A stretch of DNA of 64,000 nt from an uncultured Gemmatimonadales bacterium (lineage in GTDB: Bacteria > Gemmatimonadota > Gemmatimonadetes > Gemmatimonadales > GWC2-71-9). Each line of letters begins with the position of its first letter. Position 1 is the first letter of the stretch. A model generated the notes under the pieces. The model worked only from the letters and a program-made list of their open reading frames with translations, made no database searches and was not told the origin of the DNA. Both the position numbers and the translations under genes were made by a program. The stretch spans positions 1 through 64,000 of the forward strand of contig CAVUAK010000002.1 in NCBI GenBank assembly GCA_963739455.1. Reading direction: 5' to 3'. Positions 33,888-45,521 of this stretch are shown here, in pieces.

Positions 33888-34255
33888 CCACCATTGGCAC
33901 GACCCAGGAATTCTTCTCGATCGGCGAGGTCTGCACCCTCACCGACCTCAAGCCGCACGTGCTCCGCTATTGGGAGAGCCAGTTCCGCTTCCTGAATCCG
34001 GCCAAGAATCGCTCGGGCAACCGGGTCTACAAGGCGCGCGAGATCGAGCTCATCCTCCTGGTGAAGCACCTGCTCTATACCGACAAGTACACCATCGAGG
34101 GCGCGCGCCACCGGGTGGAGCAGTATCGCCGGTCGGGAGCATTGCGCGCCGAGTCGCGCCACGCCCTCGAGATGGAGACGGTGCGCGACCTGCGGGCCGG
34201 CCTCGACGACCTCCTCGCCCTCATCGATGGGCGGAAGGTGTCGGGCGGGCAGTGA
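33878..34255 (+). CDS. MerR-family HTH regulator
   Basis: 'FSIGEV..LTDLKPHVLRYWESQF', 'YTIEGAR'; upstream of surE. Confidence 0.88.
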   Translation: MAVTTIGTTQEFFSIGEVCTLTDLKPHVLRYWESQFRFLNPAKNRSGNRVYKAREIELILLVKHLLYTDKYTIEGARHRVEQYRRSGALRAESRHALEMETVRDLRAGLDDLLALIDGRKVSGGQ

Positions 34256-35002
34256 ACATTCTCGTCACCAACGACGATGGCATCCTCGCTCCTGGTCTGG
34301 CCCTCCTCGCTGATGCGTGCCGCGATGTTGCGCAGGTCACCGTGGTCGCTCCCGACCGCGAGCAGAGCGGTACCAGCCATTCGCTGACGCTGCATCGTCC
34401 GCTCCGCCCGCAGCGCCGCCCCGACGGAGCCTGGCAGGTCGACGGTACGCCCACCGATTGCGTCATGCTCGCGCTGCAGGCGCTCATGCCTGATCGCCCC
34501 GACTTCGTCTTCTCCGGCATCAATCACGGTCCGAACATGGGCGAGGATGTGCTCTACTCCGGCACCGTCTCCGCCGCCATGGAAGCCGTGATGCTCGGCG
34601 TTCCCGGGCGTGGCATTGTCGTTCGCCGGGCACAGCCCCGAGACCATGGCGACCTACCGCGACGCCATTGCCCGGCTGGTGCGGCACGTCACCACGCTCG
34701 CCGACTTCCCGGCAAACACCCTGCTCAACGTCAACTTCCCGCCGGTCCCCGCCAATGAGGCGCTGGGCCTCAAGGTCACCAGCCTCGGCAGCCGCTACTT
34801 CTCCGAGTCGCTGATGCGCATGAAGGACCCGTGGGGCAGGGAGATCTTCTGGATCGGCGGCGGCAGCATCACCTGGACCGGTGGCATCACCTCCGATCAC
34901 GCCGCGATCCATGAGGGGTACATCTCGGTCACGCCACTCCAGATGGACCTGACCAACTACGGGCTGCTCGAAACGGTGCGGGGATGGTCGCTGGAGGGTT
35001 GA
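34252..35002 (+). CDS. surE: 5'/3'-nucleotidase SurE; apparent frameshift near 34608
   Basis: 'ILVTNDDG', 'GTPTDCV', 'SGINHGPN', 'YSGTV', 'GYISVTPL'. Confidence 0.93.
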
Positions 35003-35647
35003 GCGACAGCTACGGCGGGTACCGCACGCGCCTCGTGGAGACGCTGCAGTCGAAGGGCATTCACGATCTCGGCGTGCTGCGCGCGGTGAGCCTCGTGCCC
35101 CGGCACCGGTTCGTGCCCGAGAGCGTGAAGCATCGCGCCTACGAAGATGCGGCGCTCCCCATCGGCGGTGGGCAGACCATCTCGCAGCCCTGGGTGCAGG
35201 CGCGCTACATCGAGGTGCTGGGGCTCAGGGGACATGAGAAAGTACTTGAGGTCGGGCACCGGGTCGGGCTACCAGACGGCGCTGCTCGCGGTGCTCGCCG
35301 ACCGGGTGTTCAGTGTCGAGCGCGTCCCGGAGCTGACCCGCGAGGCGCAGCGGGTCATGATCGAGCTCGGAATCAAGAACGTCACGATCATGGGCGGTGA
35401 CGGCACGCTCGGCTGGCGGCCGTACGCCCCCTACGACGCGATCCTGGTGGCGGCAGCGTCACCCGAGGTGCCCCGCCCGCTGCTGGAGCAACTCGCGATC
35501 GGTGGCCGGCTGGTCATTCCCATCGGCGATCGCGAGAAGCAGGTGCTCAACCTCGTCACGCGGCGTGATGAGGCCACCTATGAAACCACCACGCTCGGTG
35601 ACGTGCGGTTCGTGCCGCTCATCGGCGAGCACGGCTTCCAGAGCTAG
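34984..35647 (+). CDS. pcm: Protein-L-isoaspartate O-methyltransferase; apparent frameshift near 35255
   Basis: 'VPRHRFV', 'GQTISQP', 'GTGSGYQ', 'APYDAI', 'FVPLIG'. Confidence 0.93.
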
Positions 35648-35661
35648 CAACCGGAGACTTG

Positions 35662-36303
35662 ATGGAGTTCCTGCAGCAGGCCCTCGACTTCTTCCTGCAT
35701 CTCGACACGCACCTCACCGAGATCACCTCCCAGTACGGGACCTGGACCTACCTCATCCTCTTTCTCATCGTGTTCTGTGAGACGGGACTGGTGGTCACTC
35801 CGTTCCTTCCGGGTGACTCGCTGCTGTTCGCTGCCGGGGCCATCGCGGGCCTGGGCGGCCTGGACGTCAGGATCCTGGCGCCGCTGTTCATCGTGGCGGC
35901 GTTCCTGGGCGACAACGTGAACTACTTCATCGGGTCGCGTATCGGGCGGCGCGCCTTCAGCGGAAAGGTCCGGTTCATCAAGAAGGAGTACCTCGAGCGC
36001 ACCGAGCGCTTCTATGCAAAGCATGGCGGCAACACCGTCATCATGGCCCGGTTCGTTCCCATTGTCCGGACCTTTGCACCCTTCGTTGCCGGTGTCGGGC
36101 ACATGCCGTACGCCCGCTTCATCGTCTACAGCCTCGTCGGGTCGCTGCTCTGGGTCGGCCTGTTCGTGGTGGGCGGGTACCTCTTCGGCAACCTCCCGGC
36201 GGTGAAGCAGAACTTCAGCTTCGTCGTGCTGGCGATCATCGCCGTGTCCACCGCGCCGATCCTCATCGAGTTCGTGCGCTCACGGCGGCAGCCCCAGGCA
36301 TGA
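35662..36303 (+). CDS. dedA: DedA family membrane protein
   Basis: '[19 protein letters not shown]', '[16 protein letters not shown]'. Confidence 0.93.
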   Translation: MEFLQQALDFFLHLDTHLTEITSQYGTWTYLILFLIVFCETGLVVTPFLPGDSLLFAAGAIAGLGGLDVRILAPLFIVAAFLGDNVNYFIGSRIGRRAFSGKVRFIKKEYLERTERFYAKHGGNTVIMARFVPIVRTFAPFVAGVGHMPYARFIVYSLVGSLLWVGLFVVGGYLFGNLPAVKQNFSFVVLAIIAVSTAPILIEFVRSRRQPQA

Positions 36304-36566
36304 CAAGGCGGTACCTCGTGAGCGGCCGGGTGCAGGGCGTGGGCTATCGCTGGTTCGCTCGCGGCGAGGCCACCCGGCTCGGGCTCGTGGGCTACGCCGC
36401 GAACCTGCCGGACGGACGCGTCGAGGTGCTGGCGGAGGGCGAGGCGCCGGCACTCGAGGCGTTCGAGATGTCGCTTGGGCGCGGCCCCTCCGCGTCGCGC
36501 GTCACAGGTGTCGTCGCGGAGCCAGCAGCATCCACCGAATCATTCACCACCTTCAGCACCCGGTAA
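36300..36566 (+). CDS. acyP: Acylphosphatase
   Basis: '[10 protein letters not shown]', 'NLPDGRVEV'. Confidence 0.92.
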   Translation: MTRRYLVSGRVQGVGYRWFARGEATRLGLVGYAANLPDGRVEVLAEGEAPALEAFEMSLGRGPSASRVTGVVAEPAASTESFTTFSTR

Positions 36567-36568
36567 CC

Positions 36569-37101
36569 ATGTCGAACGAAGTCGCCGAGCGAGTCCGCCG
36601 CACCCTGCGCGCCATTCCCGATCACCCGAAGCCGGGGATCATCTTCCAGGACATCACCCCGGTGCTGCACAACGGGCAATTGTTCGCCGACGCGGTGGAG
36701 CGCGATGGCTGCGCCTTTCCGCGACGCGGGGGTGACGCACGTGGTGGGAATCGAGGCGCGCGGCTTCATCCTGGGCGCACCGCTCGCGACGCATATCGGG
36801 GCGGGCTTCATTCCGCTCCGAAAGCCGGGAAAGCTGCCGTGGGAATCGGTGGCGGAGAAGTACGCGCTCGAGTACGGCGAGGACAGCCTCGAGGCGCACC
36901 GCGATGCCTGCAGGGCGGGCGACCGCGTGCTGATTGCGGACGATGTGCTGGCGACCGGGGGCACGGCCGCGGCGGCGGGGAAGCTCGTGCGTCGGCTCGG
37001 CGCCGAGCTGCGTGGGGTGGACGTTCCTGCTGGAGATCGGCGTGCTGAACGGGCACCAGCGCCTGGAAGGTGCCCGCCACACTTCGCTCGTGTCACTCTA
37101 G
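36569..37101 (+). CDS. apt: Adenine phosphoribosyltransferase; apparent frameshifts near 36700 and 37020
   Basis: '[15 protein letters not shown]', 'EARGF', 'RKPGKLP', 'LEYG', 'DDVLATGGT'. Confidence 0.92.
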
Positions 37102-37105
37102 CCCG

Positions 37106-37453
37106 GTGCGCGGTGGCTTCGTCGTTCTCGCGATGCTGCTGCTGCCGTGCACCGTCGAGGCGCAGGGAGCGAACTGGTATCTCCGGCCCACGCGTATCGA
37201 CAGCCTCCCCGCACGCGTCGTTCCCGATACCGCCGCCGGCGCGCCGCTCGAGTTCGATCCAGGAACATGCCAGCCCCTGTTTATCGACCCACGGAACGGC
37301 ACGCGGTTCGTGCTGCAGCGTGACTTCATGACCGACAACGGTCCACTCGGCGACTATGCGATCGAGCCCCCGGGCCGCTACGGCGTCGGCACCGGAACAC
37401 TGGTGCGAATGGATTGCGCCATCGGCCGGCCGCTTGGTGGGGTGCCGAAGTAG
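37106..37453 (+). CDS. Small exported hypothetical protein
   Basis: Signal-like N-terminus, two Cys in the mature part, '[12 protein letters not shown]'. Confidence 0.6.
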   Translation: MRGGFVVLAMLLLPCTVEAQGANWYLRPTRIDSLPARVVPDTAAGAPLEFDPGTCQPLFIDPRNGTRFVLQRDFMTDNGPLGDYAIEPPGRYGVGTGTLVRMDCAIGRPLGGVPK

Positions 37454-37459
37454 GCAGCG

Positions 37460-37877
37460 CTACTCGAGCCGTCTGTTCGCAGATCGCGCTGTTCTGTTCG
37501 GAGCGGGCGGGGGCACCCACGGCGCTGTAACCGATGGTGATGGTGCCGGTGGTGACCCGTCCGGCGGCCCTGATCGCGGCCGGGCTGGTCGCGTTCACCA
37601 CGACGACCTGCCAGGGCAGTGCCGGGTTGTTGACGACGATGGGTCCCGTGTCGGTGACGTAGGTAACCGACGTCACCGCCCCGGTGCCCGTGAGCGAGGC
37701 AGAGTACGTCACGGTGATATCACCCGAGATCACCGAGGGGCCGATGCTCGGCCCGCAGGTCAGTGTGCTGATGGTCCCGCCGCCACCACAGGCGGTCGCG
37801 GTCAGCACGGCAACGCTGAGGAGCAGTGCCTGGTGCAGGGCAGTGCGCGCCCGCGCGGTTTCCGTGACAGGAATCAT
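37460..37877 (-). CDS. Small lipoprotein, paralogue 1 of 3; stop inferred after an apparent 3' frameshift
   Basis: Lipobox ATAC, 'ISGDITVTYSASLTG', 'NNPALPW', terminal 'AICEQT'. Confidence 0.75.
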
Positions 37878-37878
37878 G

Positions 37879-38299
37879 CTACTGGTTGGTTTGCGAGCAG
37901 GTGGCTTCATCCTGCTCGGCGCGGTTGGGCGCACCCACCGCATTGAAGCCGATGGTGATGGTGCCGGTGGTGACGCTGCCGGCAGCACTGATCGAGGCAG
38001 GGCTGGTGACGTTCAGCACGCTGACCTGCCAGGGCAGCGTGGGATTGTTCACCACCACATTTCCCGCGTCGGTGGCGTAGGTAATCGAGGTCACCGTCCC
38101 GCTGCCCGTGAGGGACGCGGAGTATGCCACGGTGATATTGCCCGAGATGTACGGAATTGCCGGTGCTCGGCCCGCATGTGAGCGTGTTGTTGTTGCCGCC
38201 GCCGTCATCTCCGCACGCACTGACAGCCAGCATGGCGACGCCGAGCATCACGGCCAGGCGCAGTAGGAAACGCTTCCGGCTTTCCGGGAAATACGTCAT
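37879..38299 (-). CDS. Small lipoprotein, paralogue 2 of 3; apparent frameshift near 38150
   Basis: Lipobox VSAC, 'ISGNITVAYSASLTG', 'NNPTLPW', terminal 'ATCSQTNQ'. Confidence 0.78.
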
Positions 38300-38376
38300 G
38301 ACGTTTGCCTCGTGGGGGTGTTTGGGATGACTTCCCGTAACGTATTTGACCGGGGCGCAATGTCCAGTGAAACAAG

Positions 38377-38407
38377 AGGGCCTGTGCCTCGACGAGGCAC
38401 AGGCCCT
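38377..38407 (-). terminator. Perfect 14-bp hairpin after lipoprotein 3
   Basis: AGGGCCTGTGCCTC-GAC-GAGGCACAGGCCCT; minus strand continues CTTGTTTC. Confidence 0.8.
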
Positions 38408-38435
38408 TGGACTCACGCCGGGTGTACCCGGACGG

Positions 38436-38829
38436 TCAGTTCACGTTGAGGATGCAGCCGTCGTTGTCGGACTCGGTGCGTCCCTCGCCGCCGTCGGCAG
38501 TGAACTCGACCAGTACGGAGCCACTTCCGGTGACCGACCCAATTCCCTGGATCCTCGCGGCGGCGGTGGCCAGGTTGACGTCCAGACTCCCATGGAAGCG
38601 ACGGGTTGGTCACGGTCACATTGCCGGTGTCGGAGGCGTAGATGATGCCGGTCAGGGCTCCGCCAATGGTAGCCGTTGCCTGATAGTGCACTGCAAGGCC
38701 GCCCGTGATGGTCGAGGGGCCCGCGGTGCGGTCGCACGGTATCACTTCGGGGTCGTCGCTGCAGGCGCTGAGCACCGCGGCGCCGGCGCACAGGGCAAGC
38801 GCGGAGGCGAGGAAAGTCCTGCGGATCAT
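38436..38829 (-). CDS. Small lipoprotein, paralogue 3 of 3 (Tat-like RRTFL); apparent frameshift near 38590
   Basis: 'MIRRTFL', lipobox LSAC, 'IYASDTGNVTVTNPSLPW', terminal 'DGCILNVN'. Confidence 0.75.
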
Positions 38830-38965
38830 TGATCTGCTCCAGGTCGTTGGGGTGCGCGCGGAAGGCTTGGCGCGCATTGTACCCGCATCGGATGGCCCGT
38901 GCGTATTGAACCAAGGACGTAGGAGTTCCGGCCCGGCTCCCGGCTGGTGTAGATTTTCGGGCGCC

Positions 38966-39039
38966 GCCCCCGTAGCTCAGTTGGATAGAGCAGCAGTTTC
39001 CTAAACTGTTGGCCGGAGGTTCGATTCCTCTCGGGGGCA
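38966..39039 (+). tRNA. tRNA-Arg (CCT)
   Basis: GCCCCCG/CGGGGGC acceptor, GCAGT-TTCCTAA-ACTGT anticodon arm, GTTCGAT T-loop. Confidence 0.96.
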
Positions 39040-39098
39040 CTCACTACCCACCCTGACCGCGGGCACCCCCGGCTATCCGGTACCTCAGCGTCGTTCTC

Positions 39099-40350
39099 GT
39101 GCTCGCAGCGTCCCTGACGCGGCCTGTCAGTTCGCATGCGCAGCAGCCAGCGCCACCGCCCAGCGCTCGCGGATACGCTCCCGGTCGGCGCAGTGCTTCC
39201 CGTCCGCTTCGTACATGGCGTCGTGAGCGGCCGCGATACGGTGGGGGAGCCCATCATGCTGCAGACGATGGCCTCCATCGACCGCAACGGATGCGTCATG
39301 CTCGCTCCCTTCCGGCCGGTGTACGCCCGGATCGCAGAGAGCAGGGGAGGTCGCTACTTCGGCAAGGGTGGTGTGCTCTCGATTGCGACCGACTCGCTCC
39401 GCCGCCGCTCCGGCGCTGTCGCTGCCGCTCACCGCCATCCTCGACACACTTGAATGGCTGCCCGGAAACCTGACGCTCGACGACGGCACGGCGCGTCGCC
39501 ACCGCAGGGGCGCCGTCGGCACCGCCGCCGCGCCGGCGGCCGCGGCGGGTGGACTGGTGGTCGCGACTGGTGGACTCGCCATCGTGCCCGTGGCCATCGT
39601 GGGCGGCTTGTCATGGGCCTGGAAGGGTGGGCCGGTGTCGATCGAGGCGGGCGAACTGGCGTCGCTGAAGCTGGAGAAGTCGCTCGTCATCCCGTCGGTC
39701 GCGACGTGCCGCAAGGAGAATGTCGGCGCGATGGCGGCTACGGAGGCATTGCTCGACTCGCTCCCGCATTTCAGTCCGCGCACCACCGATCGCTCCGGCA
39801 TGGTGCTGGGCGACCAGATCAACTTTGTGCTGCTGGGTACCCGGGGGCAGGTGGACTCCGCCTTCGCGGCGGCGCAATGGCATCCTCGCGTGCAGAACAC
39901 GCTCACAAACGAGGTGACGGGGCCAGCGCGGTCGTCTTCAACCGGCAATCGTCCCACGTGGCCTTCAGCAATGCCTACTATGAGGGGCGCGTCGAGGACC
40001 TGGCCTACGAGCGGCCGGGGCCGACCGCGCGCGACCGCCACCACATCCGGCTCTGGTCCATCGATTCGGCGCGCACCATCTGGGTCGGTGCCGCCGACGA
40101 GGACATCGGCCTCAAGATGAACCTCATGAAGTTCGAGGCCACGCACCGCGTGTCACCGGACATCGATGATGAACGCGATATCCTCACGCGCGATCTCGAG
40201 GCAGGGGCCTGCGCCGTCCTCATCGGCTACGTGCACGAGCCTGGCGCAGTCACCTCGGGGGTGAACGCCTGGGGCCAGGACATCAAGAGCGACGGGCGTG
40301 CGGCGGTGCTCAAAGTGGGGTGTGGGGCACTGGATGACCTGACTCGTTGA
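39099..40350 (+). CDS. Exported protein with LssY C-terminal-like domain; several apparent frameshifts
   Basis: 'GDQINFVLLG', 'DLAYE', 'RHHIRLW', 'WVGAADEDIG', 'THRVSPDIDDERD', 'SDGR'. Confidence 0.7.
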
Positions 40351-40465
40351 CCGCAACCGCCTGCGCCAGCTAGTTTTAAGGGCTGTAGATCCCGGCCCCG
40401 GAATCGTTCCAGGCCCGGCAGGCACCTTGACCACCGACTTTCGGCAACCTGTGGCGACCACAACC

Positions 40466-41146
40466 ATGCAGGCACCACCAACCCAGCCCGCCAAGACCAC
40501 CACCGCGCCAGCCCGCGCCCACAAGGCCGATTCGGGCGACTGGTGGCAGAACCCGGCGCGCCGTAACCTGGTCCTCGGCGCGGTCGGGGTCGTCGTCATT
40601 GCGGCCGCGGGTGCCTGGTTCTGGAAGACCGCTGCGGCCCGCAAGGAGGCCTTTGCCTCCCGCGCCGTACAGGCGGCCCGTCAGGCCGCTGAGCAGGGCA
40701 ACCTGCCGCTGGCCGCAAGCGAGCTGCAGAAGGTCACCCAGACCTACGGCGGCACCCGGTCCGCGGTCGAGGCCATGCTGGTCCTGAACCAGGTCCGCAT
40801 GGTCAATGGCCAGACTGAGCTGGCCGTGGTCGGCCTCAAGGAGTTCATCGCCAAGAACCCGCCCATGGAGTTCCGGGTGCCGGCATACGGCCTCCTGGGC
40901 GTGGCTCTGGAGAACACGAAGCAGCCACTCGAGGCCGCCGCGGCTTTCGAGCAGGCGTCCACCGGTGCCCAGGTCGACTACCTCAAGGCCGACTACCTCG
41001 TGCAGGCCGGACGGGCCTACACCAACGGTGGCAAGCCCGACCTCGCCATCAAGGCGTACCAGAAGGTTGTCGACAGCTATTCAAAGACGCCCGCCTTGAA
41101 CGAGGCTCAGGTGCGACTGGCCGAGCTGACCAAGGGCGCCAAGTAG
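40466..41146 (+). CDS. Membrane-anchored TPR protein (YfgM-like)
   Basis: Single N-terminal TM followed by TPR helices; alternative start at TTG 40427. Confidence 0.8.
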   Translation: MQAPPTQPAKTTTAPARAHKADSGDWWQNPARRNLVLGAVGVVVIAAAGAWFWKTAAARKEAFASRAVQAARQAAEQGNLPLAASELQKVTQTYGGTRSAVEAMLVLNQVRMVNGQTELAVVGLKEFIAKNPPMEFRVPAYGLLGVALENTKQPLEAAAAFEQASTGAQVDYLKADYLVQAGRAYTNGGKPDLAIKAYQKVVDSYSKTPALNEAQVRLAELTKGAK

Positions 41147-41193
41147 GGTCGGGCAGCTGGTAGGGGCGTCCGATCCGGACGCGAAGCTTGGAA

Positions 41194-41227
41194 GGGTCAG
41201 TGGGCGACACGCCTGCTGGCCCTTTTT
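41194..41227 (+). terminator. Intrinsic terminator
   Basis: GGGTCAGTGGGCG-ACA-CGCCTGCTGGCCC-TTTTT. Confidence 0.85.
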
Positions 41228-41360
41228 CATTAGCACTACGGCCCAGCATTGTCTAAGTGCCTATCAATACAAGTTCTGCGGCGCGCAATTAAAGCTTTGT
41301 GGGAGGAGAACTGACCCAGGGTAAGGCCTGGCGCTGCTCGTCACGCGTAGGTTCAATTAA

Positions 41361-41388
41361 ACGTCGTATAAGATGTATTATGTTAAGT
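41361..41388 (+). other. dif: dif site (XerC/XerD chromosome dimer resolution site)
   Basis: ACGTCGTATAA-GATGTA-TTATGTTAAGT: 11+6+11 layout; right arm 10/11 to E. coli XerD arm TTATGTTAAAT; AT-rich intergenic gap at the strand switch. Confidence 0.88.
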
Positions 41389-41505
41389 TATGATGAGGAT
41401 AACCCCAGGGCCGTGTGGAGATGTCATTCCCTCTCCCACGCCCTGATCCACACGACAGCGACATCAACTTGGCAGTATTACGACAGTATGGCGGGCAGGT
41501 CGGGG

Positions 41506-42322
41506 CTATTCGAGGGTTCCACTGAACACGAAGCGACCGCCTCCCTGGAGCCAAACGTCCTCGAACCCACCGGCCGTCGTCGGGGTCGCCCGGACCGACA
41601 GCTGGCTTCCGCTCCGGCTGGCGAACGTCAGCGGCAGCTGGGTCCGGCCCACCTGGACCAGGAGCAGCGCGGCGGCGACCGTCCCGGTCCCGCAGGCCAG
41701 CGTCTCCCCCTCGACTCCTCGTTCGTAGGTCCGGATCAGCCACGGCTCGCCTGGGCCGGCGGGCGGGCTGATGAAGTTCACGTTGGCCCCCTCCGGACCC
41801 AGCGCCGGATCGAACCGGAGCTGCCGGCCTCGCTCCGCCGACATCCAGGCGGTCCACGTCGTCCACCAGGACGATGAGGTGCGGCACCCCCACCAGTCCC
41901 AGCCAGGCCTGGTGCTCCCCGGCTCGGCAGATCCCCTCGATCCGGACCAGTGGTTCGACGGGCGGCAGGTTGATCTCCGCCTCCTGCCCCGACCCCGTGC
42001 AGCGGCTCATGACCTCGCCCGCCGGGGTCAGGAGCGTCATCCCGCCGGCCGGCGCCATGCCCAGCCGGGCCGCGAGCCGCGTGCTGCACAGCGCCGCGTT
42101 CCCGCACATGGCGGCAAACGAACCGTCGGCATTGAAGTACTGCATCCGTACCCGGTCCGGTCCCTCCGGGGTCAGGAGCACAACGCCGTCGGCCCCTACC
42201 CCTGTCTGCCGGGCGCACACCGACGCAATGCGCTCCGCCGGCCAGTCGGAGAGCTGGTGCTCCCGCCCGTCCAGCATCACGAAGTCGTTGCCCGACCCCG
42301 TCATCTTGTAGAAGCGGTGCAA
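41506..42322 (-). CDS. dapF: Diaminopimelate epimerase; apparent frameshift near 41835
   Basis: 'KMTGSGNDF', 'GVGADG', 'MCGNAA', 'GVPH', 'RTYERGVEGETLACGTG'. Confidence 0.93.
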
Positions 42323-42340
42323 AGCGACTCTCCTTGAATA

Positions 42341-42438
42341 ACTGCGTGAGGAGCAACAGCGACTGCGTAAGGAGGAACAGCAACGGCGGTTAGTTTGTCC
42401 GCTGTTTCAGTTCCTCCTCACGCTGTTTCAGTGCCTCC

Positions 42439-42441
<3 letters not shown>
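42341..42441. repeat. Two 21-bp direct repeats followed by two inverted related 21-bp repeats
   Basis: ACTGCGTGAGGAGCAACAGCG/ACTGCGTAAGGAGGAACAGCA ... CGCTGTTTCAGTTCCTCCTCA/CGCTGTTTCAGTGCCTCCTTA. Confidence 0.85.
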
Positions 42442-43162
<721 letters not shown>

Positions 43163-43170
<8 letters not shown>

Positions 43171-45521
43171 CCTGCCTCCGCGGGCGGAACGCCGGCACCA
43201 CGATCAGGCCGAGCGCCAGGAGCGATGCGATCAGCGTCACCATCTTCCCCGTGCGATACGACGGCGAGCTGAAGTCGAATGCCACCTCCTTCGCACCGGG
43301 CGGCAGCTCGACGCTGAGGAACGCGTTGTCGGCCCGGAGCACCGTCGCCGCCTTGCCGTCCACGGTGGCGTGCCAGTCGGGATACCAGCTCTCCGACACG
43401 AGCAGCCAGCTCGGTGACGCGGACTGCCCCGTGAGCCCGATCGTCATCTTCCCCGGCTGCCCACTGCGTCACCTTGGCGTCGATCCCCGGGCGAGCCGGA
43501 ATCTGTCCGCCACTCAGTGCCGCCGGATTCACCGACGCGGTGTCGGCGAACAGCACGAGGTCACTCACCGGGAAGCGCGGGTCGAGCACCGTCGGCACCA
43601 GCTGGTCCTCCGGTACCTTGGCCGCGGCGCCAACCACGCGCGCGTATGGCAACAGCGTGTCGCGCTCGAGCAGCACCCCTGGCCCCCGGCCCATGCTCGT
43701 CTCGGCCGGGCCGGCGATCGACGTGAAAGCCCGGCAACCGGTTGCTCCTTGGGAAGCACGATATGGTTCATGGCCAGGAGGTTCCAGACATTCGGGTTCC
43801 CCTCCAGCAGGTTCTTCCAGATGTTCTTGCCGCCCATCAGCTCATCGTAGTAGCGAATCTCGTTGCCGTGATACCCGAGCACCTGCTGGATGTCGTGCGC
43901 CATCAGCACGGAGCCCTGATACACCCCCGGGTCGAACACGCGCGACGGCGGCGCGGACTGCTTCATGCGCGAAATCAGTGCGTCGTCCGCAAAGATCTCC
44001 CTTGCCGGACGGTTCCAGTCGAAGAACAGCCGGTCAATGCTCCACAGGTCGGCAACCACCACCGAAACCAGCAGTGCTGTCGCCAGGCCACCCCGGAGCT
44101 TCCCTGCCGCAATCGCCCAGATGATGGCACCGCCGGCCAGCAGCACGAAGAGGAGCCGCACTGCCCCGCCCTGCAGCGCCCCGGCATTGCCCACCACCTG
44201 CCCCGCCATCTGCTCCTTGGCGAGCGCTACGGCGACGGACTGCAACGCACCAACGGCGCCGAGCAGCGCAATCACTCCGAGCACTCCGGCGCCGATGATG
44301 GCCGCTCGCTTCGACACCTCGCCGCGCAGCAGCCGATCCACTGCCGAGCCCCGCGAACACGCAGGTCACGAACGCCACGAGGTAGAACGCCATGCCCGGC
44401 GCCCGCACCTTCTTCATCAGCGGCATCACCTCGTACCACAGCCGATAGAACGGCGTGTGCCCGCCGAAGGCGATCAGCAGGAACAATCCCCCGATGGCCA
44501 GCAGCGCCCACTTGAGCCGCGGCCGCGCCCTGTCGCCCAGCCCGATGATCGCCAGCAGGATCACGATGGCGCCGACGATACTCGGTGTGCAGCTTGAAGA
44601 AGTTCTGCCCCCAGTACGAGCTGAGCACGCCATTGAACTGCGGCAGGAACGTCGTCATCAGCTCTTCGACCGGCATCGCGAACGCCGGTGGCATAGTCCC
44701 ATCCCTGGTTGGCGCCGCGCGCGCGCATACGGCAGGTAGCTCAGGAACGGGAACGCCTGGATCGCCGAGATCGCGACGCCCAGCACCACGGCACCGAGGC
44801 TCGCCGCCAGCGCCACCGGCCACCGCAGGTTCGCCCGACGATCGTCCGCCCAGAACACCAGGTACAGCGTCCACAGGCCGCCGGCCACCAGCATGTAGTA
44901 GGTGAGCTGGTAGTGCGGGCTGATCATGCAGAGCCCGGTGATGACCGCCACCCATCCGTAGCCGCTCACCTTCCCGTCGCGGATGGCGCGCAGCAGCCCC
45001 AGGAAGAAGAACGGCGCCAGCGCCGACACGAACAGCTTGCCGTCGTGCCCCGGGCTCACCAGCGACGCGAGGATCCCGCTCATCTGGTACGACACGCCCG
45101 CCACCACTGCGCCGGTCCAGCTCACCTTGAGCGCGCGCAGCAGCGCATACATGCCGAGGCCCGCGAGCACGACATGCGCCGGCGTACGCCAGCGTCATCG
45201 CGAGATCTTCGGGCAGGAACCAGCGCAGCCATGCCGACGGGATAGAAAATGTCGCCGTGCATCGCCGCGATGAACGGCATGCCGCCGAAGATGTAGGGAT
45301 TCCACTCCGGGAGTGCGGCCGTGCGCCTTGAAGAATTCGGCGCCGAAATGCCGGAAGGCATAGCCGGTAACCAGCTGGTCACTGCCGTAGATGAACTTCC
45401 CCGCCAGCATCGGCCAGAACAGCGTCAGCATCGCCGCGATGAACACCAGCGACGCGACGAGAAGTGGGTATCGCGGCTCGAAACCGGGTGAGGTCGACTG
45501 CTCAGGATGCGGCACGCACAT
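43163..45521 (-). CDS. YfhO-family (GT-C-like) multi-TM protein; multiple apparent frameshifts
   Basis: 'PEWNPYIFGGMP', many TMs, 'GYHGNE', C-terminal 'LLVSESWYPDWHATVDGK..RAD'. Confidence 0.78.

Noticed and set aside
25669..39039. tRNA-anchored genomic island or prophage
   Set aside because: No integrase, no duplicated tRNA 3' end seen, and the intervening genes are mostly core.
41299..41877. 192-aa ORF spanning the dif region
   Set aside because: Overlaps dapF antisense and the dif site, has atypical composition and no motifs.
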